Assembly: GCA_964608525.1 (NCBI GenBank)
Contig: CAZSNJ010000002.1
Location: 1-49,247 of the forward strand
Origin: Candidatus Woesearchaeota archaeon
GTDB taxonomy: Archaea; Nanobdellota; Nanobdellia; Pacearchaeales; GW2011-AR1
Direction of reading: 5' to 3'
Length of the DNA: 49,247 nucleotides
Made by a program: the position numbers and the translations under genes
In this document: in pieces, positions 19,332 to 28,025 of the stretch
Position numbering within the stretch: position 1 is the first letter of the stretch
Layout of the letters: every line of letters begins with the position of its first letter
Notes under the pieces: model-generated
Databases searched by the model: none
Seen by the model: only the letters and a program-made list of their open reading frames with translations
What the model was told of the DNA's origin: nothing

Positions 19332-20450
19332 TCATTTTTTATATTTAAAAAATTTATGAATAGTTTCTATTACATACTCTACTTGTTCATTAGTTAATTC
19401 AGGGTGAATTGGAAGAGATAAAATTTCCTTACATATTTTTTCATTTATTGGAAAATTGTAATTAGGCAAATTTAATTTTTGATTATGGTGCAATGGTTCT
19501 GAAAAATGAGCAAATACTTCTATACCATTTAGTTCTAAAAAATCCATAAGCTCTTGCTGATAAGATGTACGAATTACATATGAATTATATGTATCAAAAT
19601 AATCTTGTTGTGAAAGCAAAGGAGGTAGTATTAAAGGTAAATCTGCTAATCTTTCAGCGTAGATTGATGCTATTTCTCTTCTTCTTTTTATAAATTGATC
19701 AAGTAATTTAAATTTAACATTTAAGATAGCTGCTTGTAAATTATCTAATCTAGAATTAAAACCAAAGCAGACAATTTTTTTCCCTTTTTCAGTTAATTTT
19801 TGACAATGGTCTCTTAAATATCTTATTTTTTCAGCTATTTCATCATTATTTGTAGAAACAAAGCCTCCATCTCCTCCACAACTTAAAGTTTTCATTGGGT
19901 GTGTAGAAAAACAACCAGTTAATCCAAAACTGCCTGCTTTTTTTCCCTTATAAAGTGAGCCAAGAGATTGACAAGCATCTTCAATAATTATTAAATTATA
20001 TTTTCGTGCTATTTCTATTAATCTATCCATATTACACATTCTTCCATTTAAATGAACAGGAATTATTGCTTTTGTCTTATCTGTTATTGCCTTTTCAACT
20101 TCTTCAATATCCATATTAAAATCCTCTTTGATATCAACTAAAACTGGCTTAGCTTTTCTATGAACTATTGCAGCAATTGTTGCAACAAATGTATGAGCTA
20201 CAGTTATTACCTCATCTCCTTCTTTTATCCCTGCAGCTTCTACAGAAAGGGATAAAGCATCTGTTCCAGAATTAACTCCAATAACATGTTTTACATCTAG
20301 ATAAGAGGCCATATTATCTTCAAATTTTTTAACATCATCTCTAAGAATAAAACTTCCTTCTTTCATAACTCTTTTAAATTCTTCTGTAAGTTCTTTTTCT
20401 GAATTTTCAAATTGTAAAGAAAGATCAATATAAGGTACTTTCCATTTCAT
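19332..20450 (-). CDS. DegT/DnrJ/EryC1/StrS-family PLP-dependent sugar aminotransferase
   Basis: FEDNMASYLDVKHVIGVNSGTDAL, VITVAHTFVAT, STHPMKTLSCGGDGGF (Lys-containing PLP motif). Confidence 0.85.
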   Translation of the reverse strand: MKWKVPYIDLSLQFENSEKELTEEFKRVMKEGSFILRDDVKKFEDNMASYLDVKHVIGVNSGTDALSLSVEAAGIKEGDEVITVAHTFVATIAAIVHRKAKPVLVDIKEDFNMDIEEVEKAITDKTKAIIPVHLNGRMCNMDRLIEIARKYNLIIIEDACQSLGSLYKGKKAGSFGLTGCFSTHPMKTLSCGGDGGFVSTNNDEIAEKIRYLRDHCQKLTEKGKKIVCFGFNSRLDNLQAAILNVKFKLLDQFIKRRREIASIYAERLADLPLILPPLLSQQDYFDTYNSYVIRTSYQQELMDFLELNGIEVFAHFSEPLHHNQKLNLPNYNFPINEKICKEILSLPIHPELTNEQVEYVIETIHKFFKYKK

Positions 20451-20453
20451 TTT

Positions 20454-21413
20454 TTAATAAATTTTTTTTACCTCCTTATAAACAGTTTCAGGAAAAATAG
20501 ATTCCATACATTGTTTCTCTTCATTACACTTTATATCAAAACAAGGAATACATTTTTTATATTTTTGAGATTGTTCTGGCAAAAGGGCTTTTCCTCTCTC
20601 ATAAAAATAAACTTCTTTATGAGGTGTTGGTCCAAAAAGTCCTAATACTTTTTTCTTGAGAGCTATCCCTAAATGCATTCCTAAACTATCATTTGTTACA
20701 ATTAACTTACAAGAATTAATCCAATCCATATATTTATTCAAATCAGTAGTTATCTCTTTATGTTTTTTATCATCTTGCCTGCTTACTTTAAATCCATCTC
20801 CTTTCAAAAGTTTCTCTAATCTATCCCAATTTTTTTTAGGCCAACTTTTTATAGGCCACTTGGGACCAATTTGAGTATTTAATCCAATATCATAAATTTC
20901 TCCATTATTTGGTTTGTAACCCAAAACATATTCTTCTCCATCCCATTCTTTTCCTACAACTTTAAATAAAAGTTTTTGAGCAGTCTGTAAATTACTTTTT
21001 TTAAGATGAGGGCTAACGCTTAAAGACAATATATCAAGAGCATTATCAAAAGCTTTAGTTTTTCCTGCACTCTTATCAAATCTAAATCCCTTTTTGTTCC
21101 AAGCATCCACTTTATTTGCAAATTTACAAATATCTATATTCTTCTCTAAATTAATTAATATATCAAATTCTTCATCTAACAAATGCATTGCATTTTCAAA
21201 ATCAAGAGGCAATAATCTGTTAATGTATTTATTTTGCTCCAGTAAAGGATATGCGGCTTTATCTGTTAACCAAGTAACATTATCTTTTGCATAAAGATGT
21301 AATAATGTTGTTGATCTTAAAACATCACCTAAACTAACTTTTTTTAAATGATTCTCAACATCTAGTATCTCAGAATAACCTGTTTTAATGATTAATACTC
21401 TCTCTTTTTCCAT
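20454..21413 (-). CDS. glycosyltransferase family 9 (heptosyltransferase-like)
   Basis: LIVTNDSLGMHLGIALKKKVLGLFGPT matches the GT9 signature (xxDSGxMHLAxAxxxPxxxLFGPT). Confidence 0.7.
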   Translation of the reverse strand: MEKERVLIIKTGYSEILDVENHLKKVSLGDVLRSTTLLHLYAKDNVTWLTDKAAYPLLEQNKYINRLLPLDFENAMHLLDEEFDILINLEKNIDICKFANKVDAWNKKGFRFDKSAGKTKAFDNALDILSLSVSPHLKKSNLQTAQKLLFKVVGKEWDGEEYVLGYKPNNGEIYDIGLNTQIGPKWPIKSWPKKNWDRLEKLLKGDGFKVSRQDDKKHKEITTDLNKYMDWINSCKLIVTNDSLGMHLGIALKKKVLGLFGPTPHKEVYFYERGKALLPEQSQKYKKCIPCFDIKCNEEKQCMESIFPETVYKEVKKIY

Positions 21414-21464
21414 AAGAAATCAGGATAGAAATGAATTTAAAAGTATTATGTATCTAAAATTCAA

Positions 21465-22730
21465 CTATTTATTTTCCACAACTTCCTTAATAAACTTTTC
21501 TAATCTTTGAAAATTTTTATCCATATCAAAATCTTCTCTTGCTTTTTTAACATTTCTTATAAGTTGGGAATAATTTAATTTTTTTAATCTTTTTTTTAAT
21601 GTCTTTAAATTCTGAATTTTATAAGGAATACTAACTCCATATTTATCTAATAATTCTCCTGTAAAAATAGCATCATCCTCATATATTAACGGAAGCCCTG
21701 CTTCTAGATAAGAAGCTATTTTATTTCCTGTTGAAAATTTTAATTCTAAGTCATATTTTGAAAGTTCTGTTTTGGGTCCTGAAGGATAAAGCCCATAATC
21801 ATATTTTGATATTTCAGCTGCTATTTTATCTGGTTCTAAAGGTAAATGGAAATGGAAATATTTTGATTTTAAAAGATCTCCATATGCTCTTGTAAATGCA
21901 GAATCTTCTTTAAAGAATTTTGTTAGTTGTTCTTTTGAAATAGAATTTGGTCTTGAATATATATGTATATGAATTTGTTGGTTTACTAAATCATTTAGAG
22001 TATTATAAACATATTTTGCTCCAATAGGTCCAACATTTCCCATAGAATCAATATGAACTATATGGATTTCTTTATCTTTCTTTGAAAGCTTATTTTTATT
22101 AATAGGAACATTAAATTCTTTTAAACAATAAGGAAGAAAACTTAGAGTGAGAGGAGATAATTTTATGTTGTCTCCTAACATTCTTCCATTTAAAAATTCC
22201 AATTCTTTATTATATCCCTTATGCATTATTCCTTTAGCATTCTCAAAACAAAATCTTTCTGCATTAAGTTCAAATTTTGACATTCCTCCAAACTTTATTG
22301 CATGTTCAACACTTTTGTAATACTGGCAACGAATATCATAAGGAAAATAAATTATTGGGATTTTTTTAAATAATTTCATAGTTAATGCACATGGCCAACT
22401 TGGAGAGCCCCTGGTAAAGATTGCATAAGGTCTTAGTTTTAAGATAGAAATCATAGATTTAAAGAGCTCTTTAGATTGTTTAATTAAAGATAATAAAATT
22501 AAATGAGCATTTTTTAAATTTATTTTAAAAAAACTAAGATCCAAGAAGATTATTTTATCAAAAGCTCCTTTATGAAATTCTTTTGATGCTCCTTTTGATT
22601 CTAAAAGAATTATTAAAGTTGTTTCATATCCTTTTTTCTTAAATAATCTAGCTATTTTATAGACCATAACTGTTGGAAAGGGTTCTAGAAAAACTATTTG
22701 TTTTTTGTTTTTCTGTTTAAGTTTCATCAT
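21465..22730 (-). CDS. putative GT-B fold glycosyltransferase-like protein
   Basis: 421 aa. Two Rossmann-like halves, with the C-terminal STGNKIASYLEAGLPLIYEDD resembling the GT1/GT4 donor-binding region. First gene of the long minus-strand operon. Confidence 0.4.
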   Translation of the reverse strand: MMKLKQKNKKQIVFLEPFPTVMVYKIARLFKKKGYETTLIILLESKGASKEFHKGAFDKIIFLDLSFFKINLKNAHLILLSLIKQSKELFKSMISILKLRPYAIFTRGSPSWPCALTMKLFKKIPIIYFPYDIRCQYYKSVEHAIKFGGMSKFELNAERFCFENAKGIMHKGYNKELEFLNGRMLGDNIKLSPLTLSFLPYCLKEFNVPINKNKLSKKDKEIHIVHIDSMGNVGPIGAKYVYNTLNDLVNQQIHIHIYSRPNSISKEQLTKFFKEDSAFTRAYGDLLKSKYFHFHLPLEPDKIAAEISKYDYGLYPSGPKTELSKYDLELKFSTGNKIASYLEAGLPLIYEDDAIFTGELLDKYGVSIPYKIQNLKTLKKRLKKLNYSQLIRNVKKAREDFDMDKNFQRLEKFIKEVVENK

Positions 22731-22776
22731 ATTTCCTAATTTAATTATTTTATAAATTTATTCATAAAAAAATAAT

Positions 22777-22816
22777 AGGATTCATACATAAATCTTTAAA
22801 AAGATTTTAAAATCCT
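22777..22816. promoter_or_regulatory. nested inverted repeat in divergent intergenic region
   Basis: AGGATT-n7-AAATCTTT-aa-AAAGATTT-taa-AATCCT read directly. It lies between the divergent starts at 22730 (-) and 22903 (+). Confidence 0.25.
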
Positions 22817-22902
22817 TATTAAAAAGAATGTGATTAGTATATATTCGAATTTATATTAATAACTATCGAAATGCTTTAAAACTATATAAATAAAAAAATA
22901 AC

Positions 22903-24063
22903 ATGAGAGATGATTGGCAAGAAAAAGCAAAGAGAAAAGAGTGGAGTAATAAAAGTCAATACAATTCCTTTAATTCATATAAGGGTTTAACTTACTTTGA
23001 AAGCCATTATAAACCAATAGCTAAGTGGTTTAACTCTCCTGAACTTCCTCCTCCAATTGAACTTTCTTTAGATCCTACACATCTATGTAATTTTAAATGT
23101 GATCATTGTAATGCTCAAAGATATCTTGTGCACAATCCTAGTGAAGTTCCAGAGGACAAAAAAGTTATGACTATTGAACATCTAAGAAAATTAGTAGATT
23201 TTGCAGCTAAATGGGGTGTTAGAGGAGTTTGTATTGGTGGTGGTGGAGAACCACTTATGAATAAAAATGTTTGGGAACTTCCAGCATATATTTCAAACAA
23301 AGGGATGGTATCTTCATTTGCTACAAATGGGGCTTTAATTAATGAACAAATTGCTAGACAAATGATGTTTTGCAGATGGGTTGGTGTTTCTGTTGATGCA
23401 GGATCAAGAGAAACATTTCAAAGAGTTCATGGTGTAGATAATTTTGATAAGGTAATAGAAAACTTAAGGCTTCTTGTAGAGACTAAAAAAAGTACTGGTT
23501 CTAAAATTGATATCTCTTATAAGTTTTTGATTTCTCCATACAATTGGAAAGATATAGAAAAAGCTTGTAAACTTGCAAAGGAAATTGGAGTTAGAGATTT
23601 TCATGCGCGACCGGCTGATTTTCAAAGAAAAGATTTTAAAGAAATAACTGAACTTAATTATAATTTTCAAGAAATTCATGAACTTTTTGAAAAATGTCAT
23701 GAAATGGAAGATGAAAATTTTAGAGTATTTACTGTAATGCATAAATATGATCCTGAATTTAAAATAAAACACACTTTTAAGAAATGTTGCAGCTCAACTT
23801 TAATGTTGCAAGCATGTTCTGATGGAAATTGTTATATTTGTGCAGATCATAGAATAGAACAAAGGTTTTTATTGTGCAATCATTTTCCTAATCCAGAAAA
23901 AATAACGGAAGTTTGGGGAAGTGATAAACATAGAAAACTTTTAAATTCAGTTGATGTTAATAAGGAATGTGCAAGATGTACTTATGGAGAATATGCAAGA
24001 CAAATTGAAGAATTAGCAATAGGCTCTATAGAAGATGATCCTATGTGTGTTGATTTTCCTTAA
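22903..24063 (+). CDS. radical SAM enzyme (third member of the 15690/18008 paralog family)
   Basis: DPTHLCNFKCDHCNA, GGGGEPLMNK, C-terminal CCSS...CSDGNCYIC...CARC. Confidence 0.8.
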   Translation: MRDDWQEKAKRKEWSNKSQYNSFNSYKGLTYFESHYKPIAKWFNSPELPPPIELSLDPTHLCNFKCDHCNAQRYLVHNPSEVPEDKKVMTIEHLRKLVDFAAKWGVRGVCIGGGGEPLMNKNVWELPAYISNKGMVSSFATNGALINEQIARQMMFCRWVGVSVDAGSRETFQRVHGVDNFDKVIENLRLLVETKKSTGSKIDISYKFLISPYNWKDIEKACKLAKEIGVRDFHARPADFQRKDFKEITELNYNFQEIHELFEKCHEMEDENFRVFTVMHKYDPEFKIKHTFKKCCSSTLMLQACSDGNCYICADHRIEQRFLLCNHFPNPEKITEVWGSDKHRKLLNSVDVNKECARCTYGEYARQIEELAIGSIEDDPMCVDFP

Positions 24064-24147
24064 GATAGAAAGATATTTAATCTATTCCTCTTAGAATTTA
24101 TTATGAATTAGGTAACTATTTTTAAATTATATGGTTGAAAAAAATTA

Positions 24148-24840
24148 TTAATCTTCTGCGTTTGATGCTTTAATTAAATCTTCTTGATTGTATACAAAAT
24201 CATCAGTATAATTATTATAAGATCTTCTTGGAAGTCCGATTGGCTCTGCACTAATTTGTTTTGGATGGGGAATATTTGATTTGTACTTCCAGTTTAATAT
24301 GTGTGCTGTAACGTGAGCAGTTGAAAATTCTCCACGAGGACTTTTAGCCAATTGTTCAAGAGTAAAGACTCCTATATTTCCTTCTGTAACAATATTCTTC
24401 TTATCTTTAAGATTTTTTTCTACACATTCAATAACTTCTCCATTGATTGATGTATAAAAAACACTATAAACACCTTGATAAGGTTTATTTCCTCCTTCAA
24501 TGACTTCTGGTTGTCTTACCATAAAATCTTGTAATGGTTGAACATTTCCTAACAATCCGTTTCGGACTAGGCGAATATCTTCTTTAGAAGCCCAATCAAC
24601 TTTTCCCACATACATTTTTTCTTCTGGATGATTTGGATCAAATTCTTCTGAAATTTCTCTTAACAAAACATTTTCAGTGGTTGTATCTTTGGGTTCTGGA
24701 TTTCCTCCAATATTATTTGCAGATAATCTATAAGCCTTTCTTGGATAACCTTCATCATAAACACTCATTAAAAATTTTCCTACATCCTTTGAGTAAGCAA
24801 CTACAACAGATGGATGGCAATCCGATTTTTCTTTTACCAT
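24148..24840 (-). CDS. Nudix-like protein with variant Nudix box
   Basis: GGNPEPKDTTTENVLLREISEEF. REUxEE is retained, but the upstream E is replaced by D and there is a one-residue insertion. Confidence 0.4.
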   Translation of the reverse strand: MVKEKSDCHPSVVVAYSKDVGKFLMSVYDEGYPRKAYRLSANNIGGNPEPKDTTTENVLLREISEEFDPNHPEEKMYVGKVDWASKEDIRLVRNGLLGNVQPLQDFMVRQPEVIEGGNKPYQGVYSVFYTSINGEVIECVEKNLKDKKNIVTEGNIGVFTLEQLAKSPRGEFSTAHVTAHILNWKYKSNIPHPKQISAEPIGLPRRSYNNYTDDFVYNQEDLIKASNAED

Positions 24841-24915
24841 TTTATTAGTTTTATAAATCAGTTTTTAAATTTAATTGTGGCATAATATATACAATTTAAA
24901 ATATATTTAGTATTC

Positions 24916-25731
24916 TTATATTTTCTCTCTTAATTTCTCCCCTAACTCTTTATTCCCTGCTGATATAATGGGGTATGTCTTGTCAAATTTAAATTCCTGA
25001 TTATCTAAAGAATTTCCTTTAAAGTCAACTAGATATCCTCCTGCTTCCTTAACAAGTAAATATCCTGCTCCAAGTTCATGTGCTTTTTGTTTATTCAAAA
25101 TATAAATATCGGCATGCCCGCTTGCAACACATGCAAGACCAAATCCTGCTGAAGAAACATTGTGTGACCAGCAAGAACCATAAACATTTGCAAACTTTTC
25201 CATCTCTTCTCTTGAAGGACATGGACCGTGGTCAATGTATGCAAAAACATCTCTTCCTAAATCTTTTATCTTAGAAGGTTTAACTTTTTCACCATTAAAA
25301 TAACATCCTTTATCTTTTTCAGCATACCATAAATTATTATTTTTTACGTCCATAACAGCTGCAAATACAGCCTCTTTGAATTTTGGAGTTTCTGAATGAT
25401 TAAAGGCAGATATAACTGTAGTTGATGGTAAAAGTCCTCCTCTTTGATAATTAAAAGTTCCATCTATTTCATCAAAATAAATTATATATCTTGGGTCTGA
25501 TGGAGAATTTATTATTCCTGCTTCTTCACTATGAAATATTGCATCTAAACTAGAATTTAAAAAATGCTTTTTTAATGTTTTAGATACTGCCATGTCTGAT
25601 TTTGTTAATGGCTCTCCTTGTTTTGGCAATTCTTTTCTTCCTTCTTCTCCAAGAGATTCTACTGTTTTTTTAGCTTCCCTTAAGGCACTAAGACATATCT
25701 TCTTTAGATTAGAGTGGTCTTCCATTCTCAC
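24916..25731 (-). CDS. inositol monophosphatase / FBPase-family phosphatase
   Basis: FHSEEAG, YFDEIDGTFNY (DPxDGT-type) and ELGAGYLLVKEAGG (WDxAAG-type, partly diverged). Confidence 0.7.
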   Translation of the reverse strand: MRMEDHSNLKKICLSALREAKKTVESLGEEGRKELPKQGEPLTKSDMAVSKTLKKHFLNSSLDAIFHSEEAGIINSPSDPRYIIYFDEIDGTFNYQRGGLLPSTTVISAFNHSETPKFKEAVFAAVMDVKNNNLWYAEKDKGCYFNGEKVKPSKIKDLGRDVFAYIDHGPCPSREEMEKFANVYGSCWSHNVSSAGFGLACVASGHADIYILNKQKAHELGAGYLLVKEAGGYLVDFKGNSLDNQEFKFDKTYPIISAGNKELGEKLREKI

Positions 25732-25742
25732 GTTATATAAAA

Positions 25743-26153
25743 ATGGTTTTTAAGGATTTAGATAATAAAATATATAAAGAGAAAAACAGCCTAAATCTTA
25801 TGATACAAAGAAACGTTGTAATTGCTATTATCTTAAACAATAATAATGAAGTTCTTCTTCAAAAAAAGGATTTGGGACATCCATGGCTTCCTGGAAAGTG
25901 GTGTTTTTTTGGAGGAAAGCTTGAAGAAGGGAGTAACTCTAAAGATATACTTAAAGAAATATTAAAAAGAAAAATTGGAATTGAAGTTGATATTATTAAA
26001 TTTTTAAAAACTTCTCCATACAAAATTGAACATTCAAAAGGGATAGAAGAGGGGGAAGATTATATCTATCTTTGTAGGTTTAATGGAAAACTATCTGATA
26101 TAAAACTTGATGAAGGGGCAGGTTTTGCATTTTTAGATAAAAAAGAATTATAA
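25743..26153 (+). CDS. Nudix-fold protein with degenerate Nudix box; possibly truncated by an in-frame TAA
   Basis: GGKLEEGSNSKDILKEILKRKIGI aligns to the Nudix box but has S, EI and RK at the GX5E, RE and EE catalytic positions. 21 sense codons continue in frame after the TAA at 26151-26153, up to 26219. Alternative start at 25800 (MIQRNVV). Confidence 0.6.
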   Translation: MVFKDLDNKIYKEKNSLNLMIQRNVVIAIILNNNNEVLLQKKDLGHPWLPGKWCFFGGKLEEGSNSKDILKEILKRKIGIEVDIIKFLKTSPYKIEHSKGIEEGEDYIYLCRFNGKLSDIKLDEGAGFAFLDKKEL

Positions 26154-26283
26154 ACAATTCCAATTACAAAACATAGTCTAAAAATTTTAAAAGAATATTT
26201 TGAATCCAGAGGTAAATAAAGAATTAAATTATTATAAAACATATTAATAAATCCTTATAAAATAAAAAATTATAAATTCATCA

Positions 26284-26976
26284 ATGACAAAAATATTAAA
26301 TTCAATTAGGGAATTCGTAAAACCCAAATATGAAAAATTAAAATGTTGGGTTCATAAATGGCATCATGTAGAGAGAGTTGCTTATTATTCAGGAATACTA
26401 GCAGAACTAGAAAATGCAGATAAAGAATCTTGTATTATTGCAGCTTATTGCCATGATTTGGGAAGAATTGAAGAAGAAAAGCTTAAGACAGAAAAAGGCT
26501 CTTCTTCACCACATCCATTACTCTCTATTGAACCAACTATAAAAATTTTACAGGAAAATGGAATTTCAGGGGTCAAGTTTAGCGAGATAATCGAAGCGAT
26601 AATTGTTCATTCTTACAAAATTTATGATGGCAATAATAAAGTTGCCCAGATTCTTCAAGATGCTGACAAAATGGCTGGCTTGGGTTTTCATGGTATTTTA
26701 GATGCTGTTAAATATTTTGGAGGAAAAGATTATATAGATTCTAAAAAAATAAGAGATAATCAAAAAGATTCTAGAAAACTTAAGGAATTCTGTGGGGAAA
26801 TTTTTAGAAAAATAGAGAAAGATGTTTTAGAGAAGACTTTAAGAGGATTAAAATTTAAAAGTGAATGGTTTGATATGCTTCATACAGAATCGGCAAAAAA
26901 AATAATTAGAAAAGACTATGAAGATTTTGAGTGGGCAAGAAACAAATTAATTAATCTCGAACAATCTTCTTTTTAG
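26284..26976 (+). CDS. HD-domain metal-dependent phosphohydrolase
   Basis: WHHVERVAYYSGILA ... AAYCHDLGR (H...HD signature), QDADKM. Confidence 0.7.
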   Translation: MTKILNSIREFVKPKYEKLKCWVHKWHHVERVAYYSGILAELENADKESCIIAAYCHDLGRIEEEKLKTEKGSSSPHPLLSIEPTIKILQENGISGVKFSEIIEAIIVHSYKIYDGNNKVAQILQDADKMAGLGFHGILDAVKYFGGKDYIDSKKIRDNQKDSRKLKEFCGEIFRKIEKDVLEKTLRGLKFKSEWFDMLHTESAKKIIRKDYEDFEWARNKLINLEQSSF

Positions 26977-27033
26977 TCTTAATTTTATCATTTCTTCTAT
27001 ATGTTGTCTTGTCTAAAAATAATAAAATTAATT

Positions 27034-27963
27034 TTACAAATTAAAATGATTGATAAATTCCATATATTTATCATCCTTGGAAAAAGGTTTAGTTGCAGCA
27101 ATATTCTCTTTAACTTCTTGAGGGGATGCTGAACCAATAAGGATTACACTAGAAGAATTATTTAAAATATAATTAAAATTAACTTGTTGTAAATTTAATC
27201 CATTTTCAATACACCAATCATACATTTTATATAACTTATTAAAATCAATTTCTTTATCGATATTAAGAAGATGTTTATCCATTATTTTTGGATTTTTTCC
27301 AGATAAACGGCCAAAACATAAAGCTGATCCTATCATTACTCCAACATTTTTCTCTTCGCAAGAAACTAATAAATCTTTAGCACTCTGCCTTAATAAATTA
27401 TGATCTAAGTAAGTAATAATTACATCTGCAAAACCTGATTCGATAAATCTTTTATGTAACTTATGAGATCTAACTCCAAGACCAAAATATTTAACTATTC
27501 CTTCCTTCCTCATTTTAATCATTTCTTTTATAGCTCCTTTTTTTCCTAAAGCTTGTTCAAATCCTACTTCATCAGGATCATGTATATGAAGAATATCAAT
27601 ATAATCTATATTTAATTTTTTCAAACTATTTTCAACACTTCTTCTAAAATTATCTTTAGAATATCCTAAATATCCTGGACCAGTACCAGCTTTAGTACTT
27701 AAAACAATGGAATCTCTATTTTTATAATCTTTAAAAAACAAACCAATTCTCCTCTCACTATCTCCATAAAATGGAGAAGTATCTATTAAATTAATTCCCT
27801 TTTCTACTGCAGTTTGAATAGTTTCTATTGCAAGACAATCATCCATAGGTCTTTCAAAGAAATTCACTGTTTTATTTGGAGCAAAACCTGCTCCACCCAG
27901 ACCAATAATAGTAACATCTAATCCTGTTTTTCCAAGTTTTCTTTTTGGAATATTATAATCCAT
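27034..27963 (-). CDS. aldo/keto reductase
   Basis: LGKTGLDVTIIGLGG, INLIDTSPFYGDSE (D/Y), LSTKAG (K), ILHIHDPD (H). Confidence 0.85.
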   Translation of the reverse strand: MDYNIPKRKLGKTGLDVTIIGLGGAGFAPNKTVNFFERPMDDCLAIETIQTAVEKGINLIDTSPFYGDSERRIGLFFKDYKNRDSIVLSTKAGTGPGYLGYSKDNFRRSVENSLKKLNIDYIDILHIHDPDEVGFEQALGKKGAIKEMIKMRKEGIVKYFGLGVRSHKLHKRFIESGFADVIITYLDHNLLRQSAKDLLVSCEEKNVGVMIGSALCFGRLSGKNPKIMDKHLLNIDKEIDFNKLYKMYDWCIENGLNLQQVNFNYILNNSSSVILIGSASPQEVKENIAATKPFSKDDKYMEFINHFNL

Positions 27964-28025
27964 AAATTTTATGGATAAAGATGATTTTTAAAGATTTGTG
28001 TTCTAAATTTTTTAGAATAAATAAA

